Source of the DNA: Gemmatimonadales bacterium | Lineage (GTDB): Bacteria; Gemmatimonadota; Gemmatimonadetes; Gemmatimonadales; GWC2-71-9 | Reading direction: 5' to 3' | Length of the DNA stretch: 64,000 nucleotides | Assembly (NCBI GenBank): GCA_035712285.1 | Contig: DASTBA010000084.1 | Coordinates: 777 to 64,776, forward strand | Part shown: positions 26,814-35,986 of the stretch, piece by piece | How positions within the stretch are numbered: the stretch's first letter is position 1 | Layout of the letters: the number at the start of each line of letters is the position of its first letter | Made by a program: the position numbers and the translations under genes | Notes under the pieces: model-generated | Seen by the model: the letters and a program-made list of their open reading frames with translations, nothing else | What the model was told of the DNA's origin: nothing | Databases searched by the model: none

Positions 26814-27289
26814 GCGCCGGCCGCCTGCCGCAGCCGCTCCCCCTCCAGCCGGTACATCTGCCATCCGCTCAGGGACTCGGCGCCCAGCCGATCGTAGAAA
26901 TCGATGGCCAGCTGATTCCACTTGAGCACATTCCACTCCATGCGCCCGCAGCCGCGACGCCGCGCTTCCCCGGCGACGGCCCGGAAGAGGCCGAGTCCAT
27001 GCCGGCCGCCGCGCGCGTCCGGCCGGACGAACAGATCTTCGAGATACAGCGTGGGCAACGCAAGAAAGCTGGAGTAGGTCTCGAAGAACAGGGCGTACCC
27101 CACCGGCTCGCCGTCGGCCAGCGCCAGCAGCACCTCGATGCGCCGGCGCTCGCCGAATGCGTCACGGATCAGCCGCTCGCGGGCGCCGGCGTCCGGGCGC
27201 GTCAGCTTCTCGTAGTCCGCCAGCGCATCCACCAGGCCCAGCAATGCCGGTACATCGGCGGCCGTCGCCGCCCGCACGGTGCCCGTCAT
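26810..27289 (-). CDS. GNAT family N-acetyltransferase
   Basis: 159 aa from ATG 27289 (ATGA overlap). YLEDLFVRPDARGGRHGLGLFRAV (acetyl-CoA-binding motif A) and NQLAIDFYDRLGA. Confidence 0.8.
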   Translation of the reverse strand: MTGTVRAATAADVPALLGLVDALADYEKLTRPDAGARERLIRDAFGERRRIEVLLALADGEPVGYALFFETYSSFLALPTLYLEDLFVRPDARGGRHGLGLFRAVAGEARRRGCGRMEWNVLKWNQLAIDFYDRLGAESLSGWQMYRLEGERLRQAAGA

Positions 27290-28173
27290 CCCCGGACCTC
27301 CACGCCGGCCTGATCCTCGATCAGGCGGATGACCTCGAGATAATCGGCTTCCTCGCCCAGCGCGGCCCGGCCGGTGCCCAGCAGGTCGGTGGCCGTCGCG
27401 ATGACCGCGCCGTCCACGTCCTGCTCCTCCAGCAGCCCGAGCGCGATGGCGGCATCCTTGTGCAGCAGCGCCAGGCGAAAGGTCCTGGGCCATGCGCCAC
27501 TGAGTACCCGCTCCGGTACCAGCGCCTCGCTCACGAAGGAGCGGCCGCTCGACGCATTCAGCACCTCCACCGCCTTGCGGGCAGGGATCCCCGCCTTCAC
27601 GAGCGCCGCGAGCCCTTCCCCGACGGCCAGGATGTTGACGCCGAGCAGTGCGTTGTTCACCGCCTTCATCGCGTGGCCGGTTCCCACCGGCCCCATGTGC
27701 TCGATCCGCTTGCCGAAGCACTGCAGCACCGGCAGAGCCCGCTGGAAGGCCGCCTCATCGCCTCCCACCATCACCGTGAGCGTGCCGGCCTCTGCGCCGT
27801 TGGTCCCGCCGCTGACCGGCGCGTCAATGAACTGGACGTCGTGCTCGGCAAGCCGGGCAGCGATGCGCCGCGACGTGGCCGGATCGCCGGAGGTGCAGTC
27901 CACCAGCATCGCGCCACGGGCGAGCCCCGCCAGGAGTCCGTCCGCTCCTTCGAGCAGCGTCTCGACCTCTGCGGATGTCGGCAGGCAGGTCAGGACGATC
28001 TCGGCGTGCGCCGCCGCCGCGCGGGGCGTCGCGGCAGCACGGCCGCCGTGGGCGGCCACAAACTCCTGCGCCCGTGCGGCAGTCCGGTTCCAGACCATGA
28101 GATCGTGAGCTTCGGGCAGGTGTGCGGCCATGGGTGTGCCGATCGCTCCCAGGCCGAGGAAGGAAAGTCGCAT
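27286..28173 (-). CDS. NAD(P)-dependent beta-hydroxyacid dehydrogenase (3-hydroxyisobutyrate / 6-phosphogluconate dehydrogenase-like)
   Basis: MRLSFLGLGAIGTPMAAHL (Rossmann fold), DAPVSGG and GTGHAMKAVNN. Confidence 0.8.
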   Translation of the reverse strand: MRLSFLGLGAIGTPMAAHLPEAHDLMVWNRTAARAQEFVAAHGGRAAATPRAAAAHAEIVLTCLPTSAEVETLLEGADGLLAGLARGAMLVDCTSGDPATSRRIAARLAEHDVQFIDAPVSGGTNGAEAGTLTVMVGGDEAAFQRALPVLQCFGKRIEHMGPVGTGHAMKAVNNALLGVNILAVGEGLAALVKAGIPARKAVEVLNASSGRSFVSEALVPERVLSGAWPRTFRLALLHKDAAIALGLLEEQDVDGAVIATATDLLGTGRAALGEEADYLEVIRLIEDQAGVEVRG

Positions 28174-28208
28174 TTGACGAAGATAGGGACGGCGCAGTAC
28201 CGTGCGCC

Positions 28209-29399
28209 ATGCCTGCGCGCATCATGCACGTGGACCTGGATGCCTTCTTTGTCGAGGTGTGCCGCCAGCGCTACCCGGAGCTGCGGCACGTCGCCTTGCT
28301 GGTCGTGGGCGGGCGGCGCGAGCAGCGTGGCGTGGTCCAGTCCGCCTCCTATGCCGCGCGCCAGGCGGGCGTGCGCTCCGGCATGCCGATCGCGGAGGCC
28401 GTCCGCCGCTGCCCGGATGCGACCTTCTTCCAGGGCGACTTCCAGCACTACCGTGAGGCGTCCCTTGCCGTGGCGCACATCCTGCGCGAATTCTCGCCGA
28501 CCGTCGTCATGGCGTCGCTGGACGAGGCCTACCTCGATTTCACCGGTACCGAGTGGCTGCACCCGGTCTCCCTGCTGGGCGAGGCGGAGCGGATCCGCGA
28601 CCGGATCCGCGCCGAAACCGGCTTGGCCTCGAGCGTCGGGATCGGCAGCAACCGGATGATTGCCAAGCTCGCGAGCGACCATGCCAAGCCGCGGGGCCTG
28701 ATGGAGGTGCGGGCCGGCTGGGAAGCGGGGTTTCTTGCCGGGCTTCCACTCGCGGCCCTGCCGGGCGTGGGGCCACGGACGGCCGCGCGCTGGAAGGAGC
28801 TCGGCCTGACCGAGGTGTGGCAGGTTCAGGCCATGCCGGAGCCGGCACTCGAACGGCTCATCGGCCGGGACGCCGCGCTGCTCAAGCGCCGCGCCCAGGG
28901 GTTTGGCGGGACCACCCTCACCGCCGGACGGCTGCCTCGCTCGGTGAGTCGCGAGACCACCCTGTCGCACGATGCGCGCGATGCCGACCGGCTGGAAGGA
29001 CTGCTGCTGCTCCTGACCGCCCGGGTGGCGGCGCAACTGCGGGAGGAGCAGCTGATGGCCCGCACCGTCGCCATCAAGGTGCGGCACGACGACTTTCGCA
29101 CGGTCACGCGGCGGATCACGCTGACGGAACCCACCAACCTCGATGCCGAACTGGCCGGGGCAGCGCGCGGTCTCTTCCGGGCGGCATTCCGGGAGGTGCG
29201 CCAGCGGAACCGGGGTGTACGGCTCGTCGGCATCGCGGCCACCAATCTTACGCCCGTGCGATCGCTCGATCTGTTCGAACCGGAAGAACGCACCCGGCTG
29301 CGGCAGCTCACTGCCGCCGTGGATGAGGTGCGGGAGCGGTTCGGCTTCGACGCCGTGACGCCGGGACGCCTGCTGCCGTTCCGCCGGAGGCGGAAATAA
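28209..29399 (+). CDS. dinB: DNA polymerase IV (Y-family)
   Basis: From ATG 28209: MPARIMHVDLDAFFVEV, SLDEAYLD and IGSNRMIAKLASD. Confidence 0.9.
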   Translation: MPARIMHVDLDAFFVEVCRQRYPELRHVALLVVGGRREQRGVVQSASYAARQAGVRSGMPIAEAVRRCPDATFFQGDFQHYREASLAVAHILREFSPTVVMASLDEAYLDFTGTEWLHPVSLLGEAERIRDRIRAETGLASSVGIGSNRMIAKLASDHAKPRGLMEVRAGWEAGFLAGLPLAALPGVGPRTAARWKELGLTEVWQVQAMPEPALERLIGRDAALLKRRAQGFGGTTLTAGRLPRSVSRETTLSHDARDADRLEGLLLLLTARVAAQLREEQLMARTVAIKVRHDDFRTVTRRITLTEPTNLDAELAGAARGLFRAAFREVRQRNRGVRLVGIAATNLTPVRSLDLFEPEERTRLRQLTAAVDEVRERFGFDAVTPGRLLPFRRRRK

Positions 29400-29403
29400 C
29401 GGA

Positions 29404-30036
29404 CTACCTGAGGTCCCCGGCCTCGAATCGCAGCCCCACCGTGCCATCCGGTTGTCTCACCCTGGGCCCCAGGTCACGAAAGACGGCGGTCCTGCCCGCG
29501 GTATCCCGCACGGCAACCGTGCTGTTGCGGAAGAGCGGGTAGTAGCCCACCGCCATGCGGCGTGCACCGGGCGGGACCGTGCATGGACAGCTGTCGGCAC
29601 CAGCCAGGCCGGCATTGACGATCACCGTCAACGGACCTCCGGTCGCATTGGTAATGAGCGGTGCGAAGAGCACCATACGGTCCACGACCGGCCTGATAGC
29701 GAGGTCCTGCACGCCCGAGGGACCGCCCGCCTGTCCGCTCCCCGTGACGGCCGCGCCAACCGGGAGGCCTCCCAGGGTACGCGGGCGTTCCATCTCCCAC
29801 TGAACGGCGGTACCGCCCTGCAGCGGCTCCTGCCACTCGGCGCCTGGCGCCAGCAGGCGTTCCGCGCCGCCAGCATGCACGCGCACCGGAAACGCCAGGT
29901 GGTTCGTGATCCGGAGCATGGGCCGGTCGAGCAGGCGCCACGCCACGAATGCCACCGCGGCCGCGAACAGCAGCAGCAGAAGCATGGGTGGGATTCTGCG
30001 GCGCCCGACCGGGCCGGAATCAGGAACCCCGGTCAT
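29404..30036 (-). CDS. membrane-anchored hypothetical protein, paralog of the ectodomain of the upstream kinase
   Basis: ATG 30036 lies 2 nt after the kinase stop. It has an N-terminal TM segment (IPPMLLLLLFAAAVAFVAW). The remaining ~170 aa align by eye with the C-terminal domain of the 30039..31931 product. Confidence 0.6.
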   Translation of the reverse strand: MTGVPDSGPVGRRRIPPMLLLLLFAAAVAFVAWRLLDRPMLRITNHLAFPVRVHAGGAERLLAPGAEWQEPLQGGTAVQWEMERPRTLGGLPVGAAVTGSGQAGGPSGVQDLAIRPVVDRMVLFAPLITNATGGPLTVIVNAGLAGADSCPCTVPPGARRMAVGYYPLFRNSTVAVRDTAGRTAVFRDLGPRVRQPDGTVGLRFEAGDLR

Positions 30037-30038
30037 CG

Positions 30039-31931
30039 TCAGCGATTCTTGAAGATGGGAGCGAGCGGATCGCGGGCCCGGTGCTTCCGCGCGGTGGAGT
30101 CGGTGGTATCGGGCCTGGTGGCGATCGTGTCCGGAATGGGCTGCGGGGTCTCGAAGCGGAGACCTGGCAGCGGCGCCACGAACCGCGTGGCGGTGTCGGC
30201 AGCGGCATCCGGCGGGACGAGCGCCGTCGGCGGCACGAAATCCGCCGGCCGCACCGGAAGAGCGATCTCCCCGGTGGCGGGATTCATGCGGGCGTTCAGC
30301 GACTCGAAGACCAGGGTGCGCCCGGTCCGGTCGGTTACCTCCACCGACCGCAACCGATTCATGCGCCGATAACCGAGCGCGAGGCTCCCCCCGGGCGCCG
30401 CGCGACAATTGCACGGAAGCACCCTGCCGGCCGAGTCACGGAGCGTCACGACCATCGTGTCCTTCGTGGCGTTCCACAGTCTCGGCATCGCATACCCCTG
30501 CGTCGCCGCGGGCGTGATGTCCCGCCTCACCTCTCCCTTCGGTGCCGGCGCCGCGATGGTCCCGCCCAGCGATTCACCGCGCAGATCACCGTCGGCGCCC
30601 ACCGGGCCGCTGACCCGCCAGCGCGCGTCGAGCGGCGTGCCTCGGGGCAGGTCCATCCGGACCGAATCGCCCGGCGGCACGCTGCGTTCGGCCCCTCCGT
30701 TCACCGAGACCTGTACCGGCGCGAGCAGGCCGTTGCGGAGCAGCAGGCGGGGCGGCACGACGCCGACGATGGTCCAGAGCCACCAGGAGAGCGCTGCCGC
30801 GGACACCGCCACCACAGCGCCAAGCCCCAGCACTCGCCGACGGCGCGAGTGCCGGCCGGTGCGGGTGACGGACGAGAGCCGCACCGTCGGGTCATCACGG
30901 CTGACGCCCGGGATCGCCAGGGTGCCCGTCATCAGGGTCCGGGCCGTGGCCGGCAGTCCCTGGCGCACATCCGCGAGCATCGCACCGGCGTCCGGATACC
31001 GGTCCTCCCGGCGCTTCTGCAACCCGCGCACGATCACGACGCGAAGCCAGGCCGGCAGCCGCTGCTCATCATCCGGCAGCGAGGGGGGATCCGCCACCTG
31101 CTTGGCGAGAATCTCCCGTGACGAGCTGCCCTCGAAGGGCGGGTGGCCGGTCACCATCTGGGCCAGCACCGCGGCCATCGCATACAGGTCGGCGCGGCCA
31201 TCCACATCGCGTTCTCCCAGCGCCTGCTCCGGACTCATGTAGGCCGGCGTCCCCAGCAGGCCCGGCTCGGCTCCACCGTCGCTGCCGCGCATCGTCGAGA
31301 TGCCGAAGTCCACCAGCAGCGGACGCCCGGAGGCGCCGTCCACGATGATGTTGTCGGGCTTGATATCCCGATGGACGATGCCGAGACGGTGGGCATGCTC
31401 GAGGGCATCGAGAATCGGGATGGCGACCGCCGCCGCCTGGGCCGGCTCCAGCGGGCCGTTGGCCCGCAGGATGTCGGTAAGGGTCAGTCCCTCGATGAAG
31501 GGCATGACATAGAAGACCAGCCCCTCGGCTTCGCCGACGTAGTGGATGGGAACCGTATGCGGATGGCTCAGCTGCGCGATCGCGCGCGCCTCATGCTTGA
31601 ACCGGGCGGCGGTGTCGGGCCCCCAGTCAATGTCGGTGCGCAGCACCTTGACGGCGAGGGTGCGGCGGAGTTCGGTGTCCTGGACTTCGTACACTTCGGC
31701 GAATCCGCCGCGCCCCACCAGGCGGCTGACCCGGAACTGCGACCCGAGCGCCCGGCTCAGGCGCTGGACCATTTCCGGCGCTTCAGGCCGCGACGTCATC
31801 CGGCCGCACTGCGGGCACGCCAAGGCGTCGCCCGGCAGGGGCGCACCACAGTTCTCACAAGCTGATGCGGTCACGGTATCGGCAAGGAGGACGGGTTCGC
31901 CCACGTCCGCCTCCAATGGCGCAGGGTGCAT
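30039..31931 (-). CDS. Ser/Thr protein kinase with N-terminal zinc-ribbon, one TM segment and a C-terminal extracytoplasmic domain
   Basis: From ATG 31931: CENCGAPLPGDALACPQCG; then GRGGFAEVY, AVKVL, HRDIKPDNII, DFGIS and GTPAYMSPE; then TM LGLGAVVAVSAAALSWWLW. The ORF-track start at 32270 adds an Arg-rich non-coding-looking extension. Confidence 0.85.
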   Translation of the reverse strand: MHPAPLEADVGEPVLLADTVTASACENCGAPLPGDALACPQCGRMTSRPEAPEMVQRLSRALGSQFRVSRLVGRGGFAEVYEVQDTELRRTLAVKVLRTDIDWGPDTAARFKHEARAIAQLSHPHTVPIHYVGEAEGLVFYVMPFIEGLTLTDILRANGPLEPAQAAAVAIPILDALEHAHRLGIVHRDIKPDNIIVDGASGRPLLVDFGISTMRGSDGGAEPGLLGTPAYMSPEQALGERDVDGRADLYAMAAVLAQMVTGHPPFEGSSSREILAKQVADPPSLPDDEQRLPAWLRVVIVRGLQKRREDRYPDAGAMLADVRQGLPATARTLMTGTLAIPGVSRDDPTVRLSSVTRTGRHSRRRRVLGLGAVVAVSAAALSWWLWTIVGVVPPRLLLRNGLLAPVQVSVNGGAERSVPPGDSVRMDLPRGTPLDARWRVSGPVGADGDLRGESLGGTIAAPAPKGEVRRDITPAATQGYAMPRLWNATKDTMVVTLRDSAGRVLPCNCRAAPGGSLALGYRRMNRLRSVEVTDRTGRTLVFESLNARMNPATGEIALPVRPADFVPPTALVPPDAAADTATRFVAPLPGLRFETPQPIPDTIATRPDTTDSTARKHRARDPLAPIFKNR

Positions 31932-32040
31932 CAAACGATCACTCGACTTTGAGAAAGGTCGCGGAGTGAGGCGGAGCGTCAAGTGGCCCCGCCGCAGATG
32001 AGCAGTCCGATCTGCTTGACGCACTGCCCCGGAACAAGCA

Positions 32041-32060
32041 TACTTGCTGAACAGCAAGCA
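32041..32060. promoter_or_regulatory. candidate TetR operator (palindrome)
   Basis: CTTGCTG-AA-CAGCAAG is a perfect 7-bp inverted repeat at 32043-32058, 14 nt upstream of the tetR ATG. Confidence 0.35.
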
Positions 32061-32071
32061 AGTATGAGGCC

Positions 32072-32731
32072 ATGAAGCTGGACACTGACCGAGAGCGCAA
32101 CGGCGACCGCACCCGGGACGCCATCCTCGATGCCGCCGCCGCCCTCTTTGCGGAGCGCGGCTATCGCGCCACCTCCCTCGCCGATGTCGGCGCGCGGGCC
32201 GGCGTGTCGCGCGGTACCCCGGGCTATTTCTTCGGGAGCAAGGCCGCGCTCTATCAGGCCGTGGTCGCACGGGCCGTGGACGATGTCCGCCAGGCGGTGC
32301 ACTCGGGCCGGGTCCGGGCGCTGGCCAGCGGGCGGACCGCCGAGGACATTCTCGCCGGCGCGGTGACCGAGTACTTCGACTACCTGCATGCCCATCCGAC
32401 CTTCGTACGCCTCATCGAACGCGCGGCCCTGGGCGGCGATGACCTGCCCGGCGAACTCCAGCCCGCGGTCGAGGCAGGGCGCGAGGCGCTCGCCGCCATC
32501 GCGGCGGAGCTCGGTCTGGATGACACCCCGGGCGGTGAAGCGTCGCAGCTCCTCTTCAGCATCATCTCCCTGTGCTGGTTCTCCGTCGTGCACGATTCGA
32601 CGGTGGCGCCGGCGGTCGGCGTGGCGCTGGATCAGCCGGCCGATCTCGCCCGCCGCCGTGCGCACGTGACGGCACTCATTCTCGGCGGGTTGCGTGCCCT
32701 GCCCGCCCTTTCCGCGGAACCTGACCGATGA
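32072..32731 (+). CDS. TetR/AcrR family transcriptional regulator
   Basis: RTRDAILDAAAALFAERGYRATSLADVGARAGVSRGTPGYFFGSKAALY (TetR helix-turn-helix). Confidence 0.85.
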   Translation: MKLDTDRERNGDRTRDAILDAAAALFAERGYRATSLADVGARAGVSRGTPGYFFGSKAALYQAVVARAVDDVRQAVHSGRVRALASGRTAEDILAGAVTEYFDYLHAHPTFVRLIERAALGGDDLPGELQPAVEAGREALAAIAAELGLDDTPGGEASQLLFSIISLCWFSVVHDSTVAPAVGVALDQPADLARRRAHVTALILGGLRALPALSAEPDR

Positions 32732-34587
32732 CCGACACGATGATCCGCCCCGAGCCCGCCACCGCTGCCCCTGCCACCGAGCAGGAGGCGCGCGATGTCG
32801 CCGAAGCCGCCCGGGAAAAGGAGTGGACCGCGCCGAGCTTCGTGCGTGAAATGTTCGAGGGGCAGTACCGGCCCGACCTCGTGTATCCCTTCCCCGAGGT
32901 GGACCCCGCCGAGCTGGCGCGCGCCGAGCCGTTCATGCAGGGGCTCGAGGCCTTCCTGCGCGAGGAAGTCGATAGTGACCGGATTGACCGGGAAGGGAAA
33001 ATCCCGCCCGGGAACATCGCCCGTCTTCGGGAGCTGGGTGCCTTCGGCATCAAGATCCCCGTCGAGTATGGCGGCCTGGGACTGAGCCAGACCAGCTACA
33101 CGCGCGCCATCGGCCTGGTGACCAGCCAGGACGGCAGCCTCACGGCGCTGCTCTCGGCGCACCAGAGCATCGGGCTGCCGCAGCCGCTCAAGCTCTTCGG
33201 CACGCCGGAGCAGAAGGCCCGGTATTTCCCCCGTCTGGCGAAGGGGGCGATCAGCGCCTTCGCCCTGACCGAACCGGGCGTCGGCTCGGATCCCGCCGGC
33301 GTGTCCACCCATGCCGAGCTCTCGCCCGACGGGACGCACTGGATCCTGAACGGCGAGAAGCTCTGGTGCACCAACGGCACGGTGGCGGAGCTGTTCGTGG
33401 TGATGGCCCGCACCGGACCCAAGGCCATCACGGCCTTCATCGTGGAGGCGGACTGGCCGGGGGTGGAAGTCGTCGAGCGGCTGCACTTCATGGGGCTCAA
33501 GGCGCTGGAAAACGGCGTGATCCGGTTCACCAACGTCAAGGTGCCGGCGGAAAACGTGCTGTGGGGTGAAGGCAAGGGACTCAAGCTCGCGCTGATCACG
33601 CTCAACACCGGGCGGCTGACGTTGCCGGCTTCCTGCCAGACGGCCGGGAAGCGGTGCCTCGAGATCGCGCGGCGGTGGGCCTCCGAGCGGGTCCAGTGGG
33701 GGGCCCCGATCGGGAAGCACGACGCGATCGCGAACAAGCTGGGCCGGATGGCCGCCGATGTGTATGCCATGGAGGCGGTCAGCGACCTCGCCAGCGGCAT
33801 GGCGGACCGGGGCGGTTACGATATCCGGCTCGAAGCCGCCATCGCCAAGATGTGGAATACCGAGACGGCGTGGCGCATCGTGGACGACACCCTGCAGATC
33901 AAGGGTGGCCGCGGATACGAGACCGCTGACAGCCTCCGAAGCCGGGGCGAGCGCCCCGACCCGGTGGAGCGGATCATGCGGGACATGCGCATCAACCTGA
34001 TCTTCGAGGGCTCCAGCGAGATCATGCGGCTGTTCATCGCCCGCGAGGCGGTGGACACTCATCTCAAGGTGGCCGGCGATCTCATCGACCCTCGGACCAG
34101 TCGCGGGCAGAAGCTGCGGGCGTTGCTCCGGGCAGCGGCCTTCTATGTCGTCTGGTACCCGAAGCTGTGGCTGGGCTGGGGCTGGTGGCCGCGGTACGGC
34201 GGCTGGGGAACATTGGCCACCCATGTCCGGTTCTGCGAGCGCCGTTCCCGCAAGCTGGCCCGGACGCTGTTCCACTGCATGGTGCGGTTCGGGCCGCGGC
34301 TGGAGAAACGGCAGATGGTGCTCGGACGCCTGGTGGAAATCGGGGCCGAACTCATGGCGATGAGCGCGGCCTGCGCCAAGGCCCGGCAGGAGTTCGCGCG
34401 GAACGGCGGTGACCGCCGGCCGATGGAGCTGGCGGACCTGTTCTGCCACCAGGCCCGGCGGCGAGTGCACGACCGGTTCGAAGATGTGTACTTCAACGAC
34501 GACGCCCGGACCTACCGGGTGGCGCAGCGGGTCCTGGCCGGCGAGCATGCCTGGCTGGAACGTGGAATCGTGAAGGAGACCACCTGA
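32728..34587 (+). CDS. acyl-CoA dehydrogenase family protein with long C-terminal extension
   Basis: ATGA overlap with tetR. Motifs FALTEPGVGSDPAG, GEKLWCTNG and LQIKGGRGYE, plus ~180 aa of extra C-terminus as in VLCAD/ACAD9-type enzymes. Confidence 0.85.
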   Translation: MTDTMIRPEPATAAPATEQEARDVAEAAREKEWTAPSFVREMFEGQYRPDLVYPFPEVDPAELARAEPFMQGLEAFLREEVDSDRIDREGKIPPGNIARLRELGAFGIKIPVEYGGLGLSQTSYTRAIGLVTSQDGSLTALLSAHQSIGLPQPLKLFGTPEQKARYFPRLAKGAISAFALTEPGVGSDPAGVSTHAELSPDGTHWILNGEKLWCTNGTVAELFVVMARTGPKAITAFIVEADWPGVEVVERLHFMGLKALENGVIRFTNVKVPAENVLWGEGKGLKLALITLNTGRLTLPASCQTAGKRCLEIARRWASERVQWGAPIGKHDAIANKLGRMAADVYAMEAVSDLASGMADRGGYDIRLEAAIAKMWNTETAWRIVDDTLQIKGGRGYETADSLRSRGERPDPVERIMRDMRINLIFEGSSEIMRLFIAREAVDTHLKVAGDLIDPRTSRGQKLRALLRAAAFYVVWYPKLWLGWGWWPRYGGWGTLATHVRFCERRSRKLARTLFHCMVRFGPRLEKRQMVLGRLVEIGAELMAMSAACAKARQEFARNGGDRRPMELADLFCHQARRRVHDRFEDVYFNDDARTYRVAQRVLAGEHAWLERGIVKETT

Positions 34588-34967
34588 TGCCGACCGCCGA
34601 AGGCCGCACCGTGCCCTTCACCGGCCCGGAGGCCATTGACGCCTCGGTGCTGGAGACGTTCTCGTACGACGGGCCGGAGCAGGAGATCGTGACCGAAACG
34701 CACGAGTTCAGCGCCGTCTGTCCCTACAGCGGGCTTCCCGATTACGCGCTGCTGCGGCTGAGCTACGTGCCGTCCGACCGCTGCATCGAACTCAAGAGCC
34801 TCAAGTACTACGTGATGAGCTATCGCAGCGTGGGGATCTACCAGGAGCATGCCACCGCGCGCCTGGCGGAAGACCTCCAGCACGCCATCGGCGCGAAGCG
34901 GCTCACCGTCACCACCATCTACAACATCCGCGGCGGCTTCGAGACCACCTGCAGCGTCACGCTCTGA
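34587..34967 (+). CDS. queF: NADPH-dependent 7-cyano-7-deazaguanine (preQ0) reductase, unimodular type
   Basis: The ATG shares one nucleotide with the upstream TGA. Catalytic Cys motif EFSAVCPYSGLPDYA and QueF motif ELKSLKYYV. 126 aa. Confidence 0.85.
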   Translation: MPTAEGRTVPFTGPEAIDASVLETFSYDGPEQEIVTETHEFSAVCPYSGLPDYALLRLSYVPSDRCIELKSLKYYVMSYRSVGIYQEHATARLAEDLQHAIGAKRLTVTTIYNIRGGFETTCSVTL

Positions 34968-34971
34968 CGCA

Positions 34972-35030
34972 CACGAAAGCATGAAGGCACGAATGTCCTG
35001 TTCGTGCCTTCGTGTTTTCGTGCCTTCGTG
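34972..35030. repeat. second palindromic CACGAA / TTCGTG 8-nt-period element
   Basis: CACGAAagCATGAAggCACGAA-tgtcctg-TTCGTGccTTCGTGttTTCGTGccTTCGTG, lying between the queF stop and the yidB-like stop. Confidence 0.6.
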
Positions 35031-35032
35031 TC

Positions 35033-35422
35033 CTACGCTCTTGCCGGAGTCCCCGCCGCCACCTGGGCGCCGGTGGTGCCGTCCGGCAAGGTGCCGGCCG
35101 GCGTCATCTTGTCGATCACCTCGGGCAGGATGGTCGCGAGCTTCGCCGACATCTGGTCCGGCGACATGCCGGTCAGCTGCGACAGCTTCTGCAGCCGGTC
35201 CGGACCCAGCACTTTCTGCAGCTCCGCGGGTGAGACGGCCTGATTGACGCCGGTGCTCACCCAGCTTCCCACCTTGGCGCCGAGCCCGTTCTTCTGGAAG
35301 TCGCCGATCAGCCCCTGCAGGCCGCCGTGCTGCGGATCCTCGACCCACTTCATCACGTGGCCGAGGATCCCCCCGGTGCTGACGCTCGCCACGGTGTCCT
35401 TCATCTTGTCGTAGAGTCCCAT
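35033..35422 (-). CDS. YidB-like (DUF937) protein
   Basis: From ATG 35422: MGLYDKMKDTVASV...GGLQGLIGDFQKNGLGAKVGSWVSTGVNQAVSPAELQKVLG...LSQLTGMSPDQMSAKLATILPEVIDKMTP. Confidence 0.7.
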   Translation of the reverse strand: MGLYDKMKDTVASVSTGGILGHVMKWVEDPQHGGLQGLIGDFQKNGLGAKVGSWVSTGVNQAVSPAELQKVLGPDRLQKLSQLTGMSPDQMSAKLATILPEVIDKMTPAGTLPDGTTGAQVAAGTPARA

Positions 35423-35424
35423 CG

Positions 35425-35853
35425 TTACCTCATCGGTTCGTCCTTGAGCCACTGCTTCACGCCACCGTGGCGCGAGCAGGCGCCAACGTGGCGCTGTGCT
35501 GCCGAATAGGTCCCGTCGTTGCAGATGGCGGTGGCCTCCGCCGCGGTGATCACGGCGTGCCCTGCATGGGGCGCCGCCCCCGCACCGGCCGGCGCGCGCG
35601 CCTGCGGCGCGGCTGCTACCGGGGCCGAGGTCCTCGGTGCCGGTGCGGCCGCCGCTGCCTGGTTGCCATACCACGTCTTGATGCCGTTGTGACCGGAGCA
35701 GGCGCCCCGCCTGCTCGCAGCATGACTGTACGTGCCATCGCCGCACGCGGCGGTGGCGCCGGCCGGTGCCTGCGCATGCAGCGGCGGCACGAGCAGGACC
35801 AGGGCGGCGAACCAGCCGGCTGCCGCCAGGACCGGGAACCTCAATCTGGCCAT
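35425..35853 (-). CDS. secreted DUF3761-like protein (two repeats)
   Basis: Signal peptide, then two copies of C-x-DGTYS-x5-6-GACS-x-H-x-G-[IV]K-x-W separated by an Ala/Pro linker. Confidence 0.7.
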   Translation of the reverse strand: MARLRFPVLAAAGWFAALVLLVPPLHAQAPAGATAACGDGTYSHAASRRGACSGHNGIKTWYGNQAAAAAPAPRTSAPVAAAPQARAPAGAGAAPHAGHAVITAAEATAICNDGTYSAAQRHVGACSRHGGVKQWLKDEPMR

Positions 35854-35986
35854 CGAGCGACTCCTGTGGGGAGGAAGCGGCGCGGGGTTTCAGAACACGA
35901 CGGCGCCGGACGTCGAACAGCCGGACCGACAATGAGTCGAGCCGGCTGTTCGACGATCCCCGCCACCTTCCGTTAAGGCATCACGC

